A stretch of 64,000 nucleotides of DNA from an uncultured Bacteroidales bacterium (GCA_964462015.1 CAYWXI010000004.1:15859-79858); one strand, 5' to 3'; shown: positions 19,588 through 29,541, numbered from the stretch's first letter. The notes: generated by a model from the sequence alone, not told the origin. Made by a program: numbers and translations.

Positions 19588-19694
19588 CTGAAGTCTTCAG
19601 TCGTCAGTCTGCAATCCTCAATCCACATACCGCCAACTGTTGATTGTTGACCGGACTGCCAACTGAAGACTGATGACTGCCGACTTCCAACTTC
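19588..19694. repeat. GAAGTC/CAGTC word inverted-repeat region abutting a stop codon
   Basis: agtcttcagt (19592-19601) pairs with actgaagact (19662-19671). The surrounding words are gtcagtc, gactgcc, gacttcc. The tract ends at the base before the stop of 19695..20330. Confidence 0.7.
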
Positions 19695-20330
19695 CTACAT
19701 GCTACAATTTTTAATCAATTCTTTTGTATGTTTCATGCCCCAGTTTGGCGAAATTTCGCTTTCGGGTTTAAAAGATTTATATTTTTCAAGAGCAATTGTA
19801 AGTATCGGGCATGCAATAGCCATTCCACCTCCAAATTGTACAGGAGTATGTAAAAGATTTTGTCCCAATAAATAATATGGCCTTGGGTTGTCAGGATTTA
19901 GGGCTTTTGCTTTCTCTAAGCAGGCTGTAGCTTTCTGTGAAAAAGTCATTCCTCTTGTTTGTGGATCGACCATTATTCTGCCCTGACATAAAAATCCTTG
20001 CAGAGTTTCAATTTCTGAATTATTAGGGCTTAAGCGATTTGCTTCATCAATCATTTTTTGGGCTTCATCTAAGTATTGATCACATTTTTCTTTTGCAGAA
20101 AAGCTCATGTTAATTGTGCAAAATGCCGAATAATAATAAGGTAACCATTTTTCTTTTTCGGCTTTTGCAATTCTTTCGAATTTGTTTGCAAGCTCCTGAA
20201 AATCATTAGATGATTTTGCTTTTTCAATACAATTGATGTTCTTTTCCATTTCTTCTCTATAAGTTTCTTCATTTGCGAAAACAGTCAGGCTGAAGATAGC
20301 CATTACGATAATTAATACATTTTTTTTCAT
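19695..20330 (-). CDS. secreted helical (TPR-like) hypothetical protein
   Basis: 211-aa ORF with a signal peptide (MKKNVLIIVMAIFSLTVFA). Helical repeat character, no catalytic motif recognised. Confidence 0.6.
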   Translation of the reverse strand: MKKNVLIIVMAIFSLTVFANEETYREEMEKNINCIEKAKSSNDFQELANKFERIAKAEKEKWLPYYYSAFCTINMSFSAKEKCDQYLDEAQKMIDEANRLSPNNSEIETLQGFLCQGRIMVDPQTRGMTFSQKATACLEKAKALNPDNPRPYYLLGQNLLHTPVQFGGGMAIACPILTIALEKYKSFKPESEISPNWGMKHTKELIKNCSM

Positions 20331-20504
20331 TTTTTATAAATTTTAAATTAATAACATTGAATTATTGTTTGTTTGATTTCATTTTTACTGAAATTGTTCG
20401 TGTGTTTATAATTTGTTTCTCGCTGATTTCGCTGTTTGCTTTCTGCGATTATCTGCGCAATCTGCGGGAAATATATTTGTTTTACAATCATTCTCTTATA
20501 TGTT

Positions 20505-22646
20505 TTATATCGAAATAAACACCCCAAGAAATACAAATCGCTTTGCCCCGGATTTAACAGGAAATGATTTATATACTCCTTCGTTATTTGGTTTTGAGCT
20601 ATAATGATAGCCATAGATATTATCAATCCCGAATATATTTCCAACTGAAAAATATATAATTGTAAATTTCTTAAAGATATTTGTCAAATAACTTACATTC
20701 AGGCTTAAATTATTGTAAGAACCGGTTTTATCACTCAAAAAATCCGGGTTGTTCGGGTTGAAATATGTTCGTCCGCTACTAAAAGAATAAGTAGCTCCAA
20801 ATTGAGTGTACAAAATTGGAACATACCATTTTACTACAGTTGACAGATTATGAGTTGAAACAAATGTAGGTGTAGCAGATACCGGATAATCAAGATAATT
20901 TCTTTCCGTATCGATAAATGAATATGACACCCAATATTCAACATTATCAATAGTTTTATTATCCCTCCAAAAAAAATCAATTCCTTTTGCATATCCATTT
21001 CCGGTATTGTTATACGAATCGGGATTTGATGAGTGAAGACTGTCGTATTTTACTAATCTGTGATATTTTTTATAATAAGCTTCTATTCTGAAAACCCTGT
21101 CGTTTTTTATCATCTGATAATTAAAAATGAAATGATTTGCTGATTCAAAATCAAGATCATTATTAAAAACAAGATAGTTGTTTTGTGGATTTTGAAAAAA
21201 CTTCCCATAAGCAAACGATACCTGACTTTTCTTTCCCGTTTTATATGCAAGTGAAATTCGGGGTGCAAGATTTATTTTCGAAAGCAATGAGGAAAATTCA
21301 AAACGGCTACCTGCCCTGCCAGCAAATTTGGTTCCGAGTGCAATTTCGGTTTCTGCAAAAACAGAACTGATATTATCACTAAATAAAGATTTATAGTTTT
21401 CGTTTTTATTGTTATCAAAATATTTTTGCGAATAATTTCTATTAACAAAGTCACTTCCAAACTTTAGTTTTATTTCTTCGCTAAGCAGATGAGTCAGCGT
21501 ATATTTTCCTTGAAAAGAATAATTGTTTTCCGTAAAATTATCAAGATCAATATCAGTATTATCATTATTATATGAAAATGAAACTCCGGCTTTAGAAATC
21601 CATTTTTCAGATAAAATATCACTGTAAGTTAAATTTAAATATGAGTTGTCATTAATTAGTCCGATATTATTTTTATTACCAATATCATCGAAATCAGGAT
21701 AAGATAGTTGTGATTTGCCATGCGAAAATGAGCCAAAGAACTTAATTAGACCGTTTTTGCCTGTTTTTTTTCTTGCAATCACATTTCCTCCAATTCCCAT
21801 TGGGGGAGTTTTCCAATCAAAGTCCTGATTTATGAGATTATAATAAGGTGCTAAATTTGTATAACTTACCTCAGCTGACACTGATGAGCGATCCCATCGT
21901 TTTGTATGTGAAAATCCTGCACCAACCGACATCAGCGAGATACTTGAAACACTTCTTGGAGGCAGATCATTGGTGTTTAATACTAATGCTGAAGACAATG
22001 CCTGTCCGAATTCAGCTGAATAACCTCCTGTGCTGAACATTGTTCCGCTAAAAAGAAATGGCGAAAAGCGGCCTCTCACAGGAACATCCGGCATTTTCGA
22101 GGTATATGGATTTTCGACCAACATTCCGTCAATGAAAGTTTTTGTTTCGTAGCCATCACCACCACGAACAAAAATACGTCCATCCTCACCAACTGTCTGA
22201 GTCCCGGGAAGTGTGTTCAAAGCTCCGTAAATATCACCAAGTCCTCCGGCGGTTGTAACAATATCGAGAGGTTTTAAAACGACGGCTTTTTTCTCATCTC
22301 CGGCTTCAAATGAACCTGCCGAAATCACCACAGCATCCAATTGATTATTGCTTTCTTTCAAAATTATATTTAATTCAATATCTTTTTCTTCAAGAATGAT
22401 TTCTTTGGAAAAATTTTTATAACCCAAAAAACTAACTATAAGTGTTTGTTTTCCTTTAAGTTTTGTCATAAAATTATAAGCCCCGAAGTTGTCGGAGGAA
22501 GTTCCATCGTAAGAATCAAGAAAATAAATATTTGCTCCGGGCAGCGTTTCACCCTTTTTATCGCTTACAATTCCTGATATTTTTGTTTGACCGATGGTGT
22601 TTGTTGCTGCTATTAGAATAATTATTGAAACGAGTAATTTTTTCAT
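20505..22646 (-). CDS. TonB-dependent outer-membrane receptor with N-terminal carboxypeptidase-regulatory-like domain
   Basis: 713 aa. Signal peptide, ISGIVSDKKGETLPGANIY (CarboxypepD_reg-like), a plug region, and long beta-barrel-type alternating sequence. Confidence 0.85.
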   Translation of the reverse strand: MKKLLVSIIILIAATNTIGQTKISGIVSDKKGETLPGANIYFLDSYDGTSSDNFGAYNFMTKLKGKQTLIVSFLGYKNFSKEIILEEKDIELNIILKESNNQLDAVVISAGSFEAGDEKKAVVLKPLDIVTTAGGLGDIYGALNTLPGTQTVGEDGRIFVRGGDGYETKTFIDGMLVENPYTSKMPDVPVRGRFSPFLFSGTMFSTGGYSAEFGQALSSALVLNTNDLPPRSVSSISLMSVGAGFSHTKRWDRSSVSAEVSYTNLAPYYNLINQDFDWKTPPMGIGGNVIARKKTGKNGLIKFFGSFSHGKSQLSYPDFDDIGNKNNIGLINDNSYLNLTYSDILSEKWISKAGVSFSYNNDNTDIDLDNFTENNYSFQGKYTLTHLLSEEIKLKFGSDFVNRNYSQKYFDNNKNENYKSLFSDNISSVFAETEIALGTKFAGRAGSRFEFSSLLSKINLAPRISLAYKTGKKSQVSFAYGKFFQNPQNNYLVFNNDLDFESANHFIFNYQMIKNDRVFRIEAYYKKYHRLVKYDSLHSSNPDSYNNTGNGYAKGIDFFWRDNKTIDNVEYWVSYSFIDTERNYLDYPVSATPTFVSTHNLSTVVKWYVPILYTQFGATYSFSSGRTYFNPNNPDFLSDKTGSYNNLSLNVSYLTNIFKKFTIIYFSVGNIFGIDNIYGYHYSSKPNNEGVYKSFPVKSGAKRFVFLGVFISI

Positions 22647-22901
22647 TGTTTATTAATTTTGCTGCAAAGATTAACTCAGGAAAGCGATTTCTAAAATTTA
22701 ACTTACCGAATTGTCGAATTCTTAGGATGAATTGTGATGTTTTCAAATATATAAACCGCTAAAGCCGCAAAAAAACGCAAAAAAATTTATCACTTTTTGT
22801 AACATTTTCTATTCTTTAGGAGTCTTTTTATATTAAACAATGTATTTTTTAAAATATAGGATTGTTGTATAAATTAAAAAAACTCAAATAGTAAATTATT
22901 T

Positions 22902-25535
22902 ATGAAAAACTTCCTGCTTTTCTTTTTTATAACTATGACAATATTAGGATATTCACAAGATCCTATTCAGAAGAAATCTTATCAGACTAAAAAATTAACC
23001 AACGGGCCAATAATTATTGACGGAATTATGGATGATGAATCCTGGAATTTGGTTGAATGGGGAGGTAATTTTATTCAACAAAGGCCTTATGAAGGCAAAC
23101 AGCCCTCGCAACCAACATATTTCAAAATCCTTTATGATGATGATAATTTGTATGTCGGTGTGCTTAATTATGATAGTGTTCCCAGTGAAATTGACAGGCG
23201 AATGTGTCGTCGTGATGATTTCGAAGGTGACTTCATTGAAATAAATATCGACAGTTATAATGATCAGATGACAGCTTTTTCGTTTACCTTAAATGCAGCA
23301 GGTGTACGTGGTGATGAAGCAATTACTGAAGACGGTGATGAATGGGATGAGACATGGGACCCGATTTGGTATGGCAAAACCACAATGGTTGATTCGGGCT
23401 GGGTAGCCGAAATTAAAATTCCTTTTACACAATTACGTTTCGGGAAGAAAGCAAATCATAGTTGGGGTATGCAGTTCACACGAAGAATATACAGAAATGA
23501 AGAGCGCTCGCTTTGGCAGTTTACTCCGAGAGATGCAAACGGATGGGTTCATCATTTCGGTACTTTGGAGGGAATTAATAACATTAGCCCAAAGCGTCAG
23601 ATCGATGTATTTCCTTATGTTGTTGCAAAGCAGGAATATCTCGAAAAAGAAGAAGGTAATCCTTATGCAACCGGAAAAAAATCCACTTTATCGGGGGGTA
23701 TTGACGGAAAAGTAGGAATAACAAACGACCTCACACTTGATTTCACAATAAATCCTGATTTTGGACAGGTTGAAGCCGACCCCTCGGAAGTAAATTTAAC
23801 TGCCTTTGAATCATATTTCGATGAGAAACGTCCATTTTTCATAGAAGGAAATAATATTTTGAATTTCCAAATTAACGGTGGCGGGAATTCTATGGCTCGC
23901 GATAATTTATTTTATTCAAGAAGAATAGGCCGTTTACCGCATTATTATCCCAATCTTAATGATGGTGAATATGCCGATTTCCCTGAATATACCACAATTC
24001 TCGGTGCTTTCAAACTTACCGGAAAAACCAAAAACGGCTGGTCAATAGGAGTAATGGAAAGTATTACACCCAGAGAAAATGCAGAAATCGACTTAAAGGG
24101 TGAGAAACGTAAAGAGGAAGTCGAACCATTCACAAATTATTTTGTTGGACGTGTTCAAAAAGATATAAACAAAGGTAATACGGTTATAGGTGGAATTTTT
24201 ACTTCAACAAACAGAAAGATCACAAATGGGGAAATTGATTTTTTGCCAAGATCGGCATATACGGGAGGTATTGATTTTACACAATTTTGGAAAAACAAAG
24301 CATATTACATTAGGTTAAAAGCTGTTGTGAGTAAAGTAAATGCTGATTCAATAGCTATGACAAACATACAACGCTCATCGGTTCATTATTTTCAAAGACC
24401 CGATGCCGATTATATTCATGTTGATTCCTCTCGCACTTCTTTAACCGGACAAGGTGGAACAGTCCAATTTGGAAAAGCCGGTGAAGGACATATCAGATAT
24501 GTTGCATGGGTAACCTGGCGATCACCCGGCCTCGAATTAAATGATGTCGGATTTTTGCGTTCGGGCGATGAAGTTTTTCAGGTATTTTGGATGCAATATG
24601 GAATTTGGGAACCGTTTTCAATTTTCAGAGAAATGCGAATTAATTATAATCAATGGACTACATGGGACTTTGGTGGCAGGAATAATTCTTTTGGTACTAA
24701 TGTTAATATGAATATGGATTTCAAAAACCATTGGTCATTTAATTGTGGTGTAAATTATAATGGGGAGTATTTGTCGAAAAGTTTTTTACGTGGAGGCCCA
24801 TCAATGAAAAAGCCGGCAGACTGGAATACATGGGGCTGGCTTGGTACAGACAGAAGAAAGAAGATCAGATTAAGTTTTAATTATTCTATCAATAAAAATT
24901 TCCACAATGCAGGTGAGTTTAATTTTTATAATGCTCATGTAACATACCGGCCTAATGACGCTATTAAAATAACAGCAGGCCCGTTTTACAGTGATATAAC
25001 ACCAACTTTACAATATGTTACTGATACATGTGATTATAATAATGAACAAAGATATATTATCAGTCGCATGCATCAATCAACTTTTGGCCTTTCGATGCGG
25101 CTGGAATATTATATTACACCCGACCTGAGCGTTCAATATTACGGACAACCATTTATTTCGGCGGGGAATTATACAGAATTTAAACGGATTACAAATCCTG
25201 TTGCCGATGACTTTTTCGATAGGTATCATCAATTTACAGATGAAGAAATTTCTTATGATGCAGAAAACGACACTTATGAAATTGATGAAAACCATGATCA
25301 TACAACCGATTATTCTTTTAGTAATCCAAACTTTAATTTCATGCAATTTAGGTCGAACCTGGTTGTGAGATGGGAATATTTACCCGGCTCGACTGCATAT
25401 TTTGTTTGGTCGCAAGGGCGTACAATGTCAAATGATGAAGGAGATTTTTCTTTTAACAATAATATGGAGGATCTTTTCGACACCCGACCTCATAATATTT
25501 TTCTATTAAAGGTTTCTTATCGTTTGCAATTGTAA
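22902..25535 (+). CDS. CBM9-like / DUF5916 family outer-membrane protein
   Basis: 877 aa. Signal peptide, N-terminal IIDGIMDDESWNLVEW...FKILYDDDNLYVG (CBM9/DOMON-like), and a long C-terminal barrel-like region. Family recalled from memory. Confidence 0.75.
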   Translation: MKNFLLFFFITMTILGYSQDPIQKKSYQTKKLTNGPIIIDGIMDDESWNLVEWGGNFIQQRPYEGKQPSQPTYFKILYDDDNLYVGVLNYDSVPSEIDRRMCRRDDFEGDFIEINIDSYNDQMTAFSFTLNAAGVRGDEAITEDGDEWDETWDPIWYGKTTMVDSGWVAEIKIPFTQLRFGKKANHSWGMQFTRRIYRNEERSLWQFTPRDANGWVHHFGTLEGINNISPKRQIDVFPYVVAKQEYLEKEEGNPYATGKKSTLSGGIDGKVGITNDLTLDFTINPDFGQVEADPSEVNLTAFESYFDEKRPFFIEGNNILNFQINGGGNSMARDNLFYSRRIGRLPHYYPNLNDGEYADFPEYTTILGAFKLTGKTKNGWSIGVMESITPRENAEIDLKGEKRKEEVEPFTNYFVGRVQKDINKGNTVIGGIFTSTNRKITNGEIDFLPRSAYTGGIDFTQFWKNKAYYIRLKAVVSKVNADSIAMTNIQRSSVHYFQRPDADYIHVDSSRTSLTGQGGTVQFGKAGEGHIRYVAWVTWRSPGLELNDVGFLRSGDEVFQVFWMQYGIWEPFSIFREMRINYNQWTTWDFGGRNNSFGTNVNMNMDFKNHWSFNCGVNYNGEYLSKSFLRGGPSMKKPADWNTWGWLGTDRRKKIRLSFNYSINKNFHNAGEFNFYNAHVTYRPNDAIKITAGPFYSDITPTLQYVTDTCDYNNEQRYIISRMHQSTFGLSMRLEYYITPDLSVQYYGQPFISAGNYTEFKRITNPVADDFFDRYHQFTDEEISYDAENDTYEIDENHDHTTDYSFSNPNFNFMQFRSNLVVRWEYLPGSTAYFVWSQGRTMSNDEGDFSFNNNMEDLFDTRPHNIFLLKVSYRLQL

Positions 25536-25709
25536 ACGGAATTGCCGTGAGTAACTTGATTTTGGAGCATTAAAAATGTTTGCCTATTCCGAAATAGTTT
25601 TATACAGGATTGTTCATATAATTTCCCTGCTATTTTAATAATTCATACGATTACTTGGATGGAGTATTTTTTATTTCAGAATCTATTGCTTTTTCTAATA
25701 TTAATTCAG

Positions 25710-25717
25710 TAATTTTG
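25710..25717 (+). promoter_or_regulatory. candidate -7 promoter box (TAnnTTTG)
   Basis: TAATTTTG 46 nt upstream of the ATG at 25764. Confidence 0.4.
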
Positions 25718-25763
25718 GGTCTGATATATAACCAAATTATTGAATATAAATATTCTTTCTATT

Positions 25764-28700
25764 ATGAAAAACCTTTTCACTTTCTTCGTTTTGCTTATAA
25801 GCATCAATATTCTTTTTGCTGATAATAATCCTTTATGGCTAAGATATCCGTCAATTTCTCCCGATGGTAAAACAATAGTATTTTCATATCAGGGAGATCT
25901 TTTCACTGTTGCTGCCACAGGCGGAGAGGCAAAACATTTAACAATTCATAAGGCTTATGATTTTATGCCGGTTTGGTCGCCCGATGGTAAATACATTGCA
26001 TTTGCATCCGACCGTCATGGTAATTTCGATGTTTTTATCATTCCGGCAAAAGGGGGCAAAGCCAAAAGATTAACTTTTAATTCAACGGGCGAATTCCCTA
26101 ATAGTTTCACACCTGATGCAAGCAAAATAGTTTTTTCGGCGACAATTAAAGATTTGAAAGATAATGTTCAGTTTCCTTCGGGAGTTTTATCGGAATTGTA
26201 CAGCGTGCCTGCCGAAGGAGGAAAAGTCAAACAAATTTTATCGACACCGGCAAAAATGGCTCACTACGATAAAGCACAAAAACGGATAATTTATCATGAT
26301 CGTAAGGGATATGAAAATAAATGGCGAAAACATCATACATCCGCGGTTGCCAGAGATGTATGGATTTACGATACCGAAACCGGTAAACATACAAAGTTGA
26401 CGGAGTTTGCAGGTGAGGACCGTAATCCTGTTTTTAGTCCCGATGAATCTGAAATTTATTATCTGAGCGAGAAAAACACTTCTTTCAATATTTGCAAATT
26501 CCCTGTCGATGATCCTCAAAATATTACGCAAATTACAGTTTACGAAGATCATCCTGTAAGATTTTTAAGTATCTCCGACAATGGAATTCTTTGTTATAGT
26601 TATGATGGTGAGATTTATACTTTAAAATCCGGAGAAATTCCTCAAAAAGTTTCAATAGAAATTTTAAATGATGATAAGGAAAATCAAGAGGAATTTTTAA
26701 CTCTGACATCGGGGGCAACGGAAATGGAACTTTCACCCAATGGAAAAGAAATTGTATTTATTGTGAGAGGCGAAGTTTTTGTTACTTCGGTGGATTTTGC
26801 AACAACTAAAAGGATCACCAACACACCTGAGCAGGAAAGGTCGGTAAGTTTTAGCCCCGACGGCAAATCAATTTTATATGCTTCGGAGCGAAACGGAAGC
26901 TGGAATATTTATCAAACAAAGATTACCCGTGAAAACGAAGATTTGTTTTCTCTTGCTACTATTTTAAAAGAAGAGCCTGTTCTGGAAATTAAAGAGGAAA
27001 CATATCAACCTCGTTTTTCGCCCGATGGAAAGGAAGTTGCATATTTGGAAGAAAGAGAAACACTGAAAGTTATTAATCTTAATTCAAAAAAATCAAGAAC
27101 AATCCTGGATGGAAAATATAATTATTCATATTCCGACGGCGATCAATGGTACGAATGGTCGCCCGACGGAAAATGGTTTATGGTGGAATACTCTCCAAAT
27201 GCGGTGTTTTTAAATGATGTAGCCTTAGTTGATGCAAAAGGAGGAAGCGAGCCCGTGAATTTAACCATGAGCGGTTATAGTGACAATCATCCTCGATGGA
27301 TGATGAAAGGAAATGTAATGATATGGTATTCTGATCGTAATGGAATGCGAAGCCACGGAAGCTGGGGTTCGCAGGACGATGTTTGGGCAATGTTTTTAAA
27401 TCAGAAGGCTTATGATAATTTTAAAATGACCAAAGAAGAATATAAATTAATAAAAGAAAAAAAAGAAAAAGAAAAAAAGAAAAAAAATAAAGGTGAGGAA
27501 AATGATGAGGAAGAGGAAATAATTGAAGATATAAATATTGATCTAAAAAATATTGAAGACCGTAAAGAAAGACTTACGATAAATTCATCTTCACTCGCTG
27601 ATGCAATTCTCAGTCCTGACGGTGAAAAATTATATTATCTAAGCAAATTTGAAGACGGTTACGATTTATGGGTTAATAAACTTAAAGATAAAGAAACCAA
27701 ATTACTTGTTAAATTGAAGGGAGGAGCGGGAGCTTTGCAAATGGATAAAAAGGGAGAAAATTTGTATTTGTTTTCCAATAAGCAAATAATTAAAATTAAG
27801 GTTGATGGCAAACCCGAAAAAAAAGCTGTAAGCTACAAAGCTGAGTTTAATCTCGATAAAAGACTTGAACGTGAATATATGTTTGAACATGCATGGCGAC
27901 AAGTGCAAAAAAAATTCTATAATCCCGATCTTCATAATGTTGACTGGGATTATTTCAAGAAAGAGTATAAAAAGTTTTTACCTTACATAAATAATAATTA
28001 CGACTTTGCTGAAATGTTAAGCGAAATGCTTGGCGAATTAAATGCCTCGCATACCGGTTCGGGCTATCGGTCTTCTTCAAAAAACGGGGACAGGACTGCA
28101 AAACTCGGAGCATTCTTCGATGAAACTTATGAAGGTACAGGTATTAAAATTATTGAAATTATTGATAAGAGCCCTCTGTTGCAGGCTGATTCAAAAATAA
28201 AATTTGGAGATATTATTGAAAAAATTGATGGAGTGACGATCTCACCTGATATGAATTATTATCAATTACTTAATCATAAAGCAGGAAAAAACACATTATT
28301 GTCGATTTATGATCCACGATCAAAGAAACGCTGGGAAGAAATAATAAAACCCATTTCGGCAGGAGCAGAAAGTCAATTATTATACAAGCGATGGGTGAAA
28401 AATCGCCGGGAAGAAACCGATAGATTATCCAATGGAAGAATAGGCTATGTGCATGTAAGAAGCATGAACAGTTCAAGCTTCCGTGAATTTTACTCAGAAG
28501 TTTTAGGCAGAAGCTGGGATAAGGAAGCTTTGATAGTCGATACTCGCTTTAATGGCGGAGGCTGGTTGCACGATGACCTGGCAACTATGCTTGCCGGTAA
28601 AAAGTATGCCGATTTTTACCCAAGAGGAGTTCATTACGGTCACGAACCAATGAATAAATGGATCAAGCCTTCAATCGTACTTATCAGCGAAAGTAATTAT

Positions 28701-28991
28701 TCCGATGCTCATGGTTTCCCGTATGCTTACAAAACTCTTGAGATCGGTGAACTTGTGGGAATGCCGGTCCCCGGAACTATGACAGCGGTTTGGTGGGAAA
28801 CTCTTCAGGACAGGTCTTTATATTTTGGTATTCCCCAGGTTGGTGCTAAAGACATGCAGGGAAATTATCTTGAAAACAAACAACTCGAACCAGATCATAA
28901 AATCAGGCAGGATTATGATATTGTGATACAGGGACGCGACCAGCAATTAGAGAAAGCGATTGAAGTATTGTTGGAAGGTTTGGATGAATAA
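25764..28991 (+). CDS. tricorn-like protease (TolB-like beta-propellers + PDZ + S41 peptidase)
   Basis: Start moved to ATG 25764 (MKNLFTFFVLLISINILFA signal peptide). Repeated SPDGK propeller motifs, a PDZ-like region, and a C-terminal S41 core (VDTRFNGGG...ISESNYSDAH). Confidence 0.9.
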   Translation: MKNLFTFFVLLISINILFADNNPLWLRYPSISPDGKTIVFSYQGDLFTVAATGGEAKHLTIHKAYDFMPVWSPDGKYIAFASDRHGNFDVFIIPAKGGKAKRLTFNSTGEFPNSFTPDASKIVFSATIKDLKDNVQFPSGVLSELYSVPAEGGKVKQILSTPAKMAHYDKAQKRIIYHDRKGYENKWRKHHTSAVARDVWIYDTETGKHTKLTEFAGEDRNPVFSPDESEIYYLSEKNTSFNICKFPVDDPQNITQITVYEDHPVRFLSISDNGILCYSYDGEIYTLKSGEIPQKVSIEILNDDKENQEEFLTLTSGATEMELSPNGKEIVFIVRGEVFVTSVDFATTKRITNTPEQERSVSFSPDGKSILYASERNGSWNIYQTKITRENEDLFSLATILKEEPVLEIKEETYQPRFSPDGKEVAYLEERETLKVINLNSKKSRTILDGKYNYSYSDGDQWYEWSPDGKWFMVEYSPNAVFLNDVALVDAKGGSEPVNLTMSGYSDNHPRWMMKGNVMIWYSDRNGMRSHGSWGSQDDVWAMFLNQKAYDNFKMTKEEYKLIKEKKEKEKKKKNKGEENDEEEEIIEDINIDLKNIEDRKERLTINSSSLADAILSPDGEKLYYLSKFEDGYDLWVNKLKDKETKLLVKLKGGAGALQMDKKGENLYLFSNKQIIKIKVDGKPEKKAVSYKAEFNLDKRLEREYMFEHAWRQVQKKFYNPDLHNVDWDYFKKEYKKFLPYINNNYDFAEMLSEMLGELNASHTGSGYRSSSKNGDRTAKLGAFFDETYEGTGIKIIEIIDKSPLLQADSKIKFGDIIEKIDGVTISPDMNYYQLLNHKAGKNTLLSIYDPRSKKRWEEIIKPISAGAESQLLYKRWVKNRREETDRLSNGRIGYVHVRSMNSSSFREFYSEVLGRSWDKEALIVDTRFNGGGWLHDDLATMLAGKKYADFYPRGVHYGHEPMNKWIKPSIVLISESNYSDAHGFPYAYKTLEIGELVGMPVPGTMTAVWWETLQDRSLYFGIPQVGAKDMQGNYLENKQLEPDHKIRQDYDIVIQGRDQQLEKAIEVLLEGLDE

Positions 28992-29149
28992 GTGCTTGCC
29001 AGAAAACGCCAATTTCTTTCCCGAAAAGTCGGGACAGGCTGTTATGCTCGTGCAGAAAATCAGCCATCTACAATAGTAAACTCTTGATTTTCTGCATTTC
29101 GCATTCCGATAGCTATCGGAACAAACTTGACGTTTTCTGTCTAAGCACT
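28991..29149. other. 159-nt multibranch palindromic element (outer 7+9 bp stem enclosing three hairpins), MITE-like or structured 3' element
   Basis: Outer arms agtgcttgccagaaaacg and cgttttctgtctaagcact. Inner hairpins at 29019-29034 (tcccga-aaag-tcggga), 29051-29096 (12-bp stem) and 29104-29121 (ttccgatagctatcggaa). It starts at the last base of the tricorn stop codon. Confidence 0.65.
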
Positions 29150-29218
29150 CCAAAATATTGAGTTTTCACTTTTGGTTATCATGCTGCTTTTTTCCCAATT
29201 TTCATTGTCGAATCCTTT

Positions 29219-29417
29219 CAGGATTCTGTAATGTGATTTTTTACTTTTTGACCACAGGTTTCACCTGTGGCTATTCACGTTTAACCACTTCGTGGTTTGC
29301 TAATGCATGAGATTTTTTAAACAATCCTGAAAGGATTGAATATGAATAGCCCTGTACGAAGTGCAGGGAAAACAAAACAGTATTTAAAAAAGAACCCTGA
29401 AAGGGTTCAACAAATTG
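29219..29417. repeat. hairpin-cassette cluster (six short hairpins, two hairpin-linker-hairpin modules)
   Basis: 29219-29235, 29261-29279 + ctattcacgttt + 29292-29306, 29332-29346 + gaatatgaatag + 29359-29377, and 29401-29417. Loops are TTTCA/TTC in the first half and TGAAA/GAA in the second. Confidence 0.8.
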
Positions 29418-29541
29418 AGACTAAATATTTTTCCTTCCGTTTTTTATTACATGCTCATTGAAATTTTAATTGTTGAAATAATTTGATCATTAAGATTCCT
29501 GAGACCATTTTGAGTTTAATTTCCATCTCTCCATCTCTCCA

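Noticed and set aside
20348-20644. 98-aa minus-strand ORF at the 3' end of the TonB-dependent receptor.
   Set aside because: It overlaps the receptor's C-terminal barrel strands and otherwise translates the CTGCG word tract.
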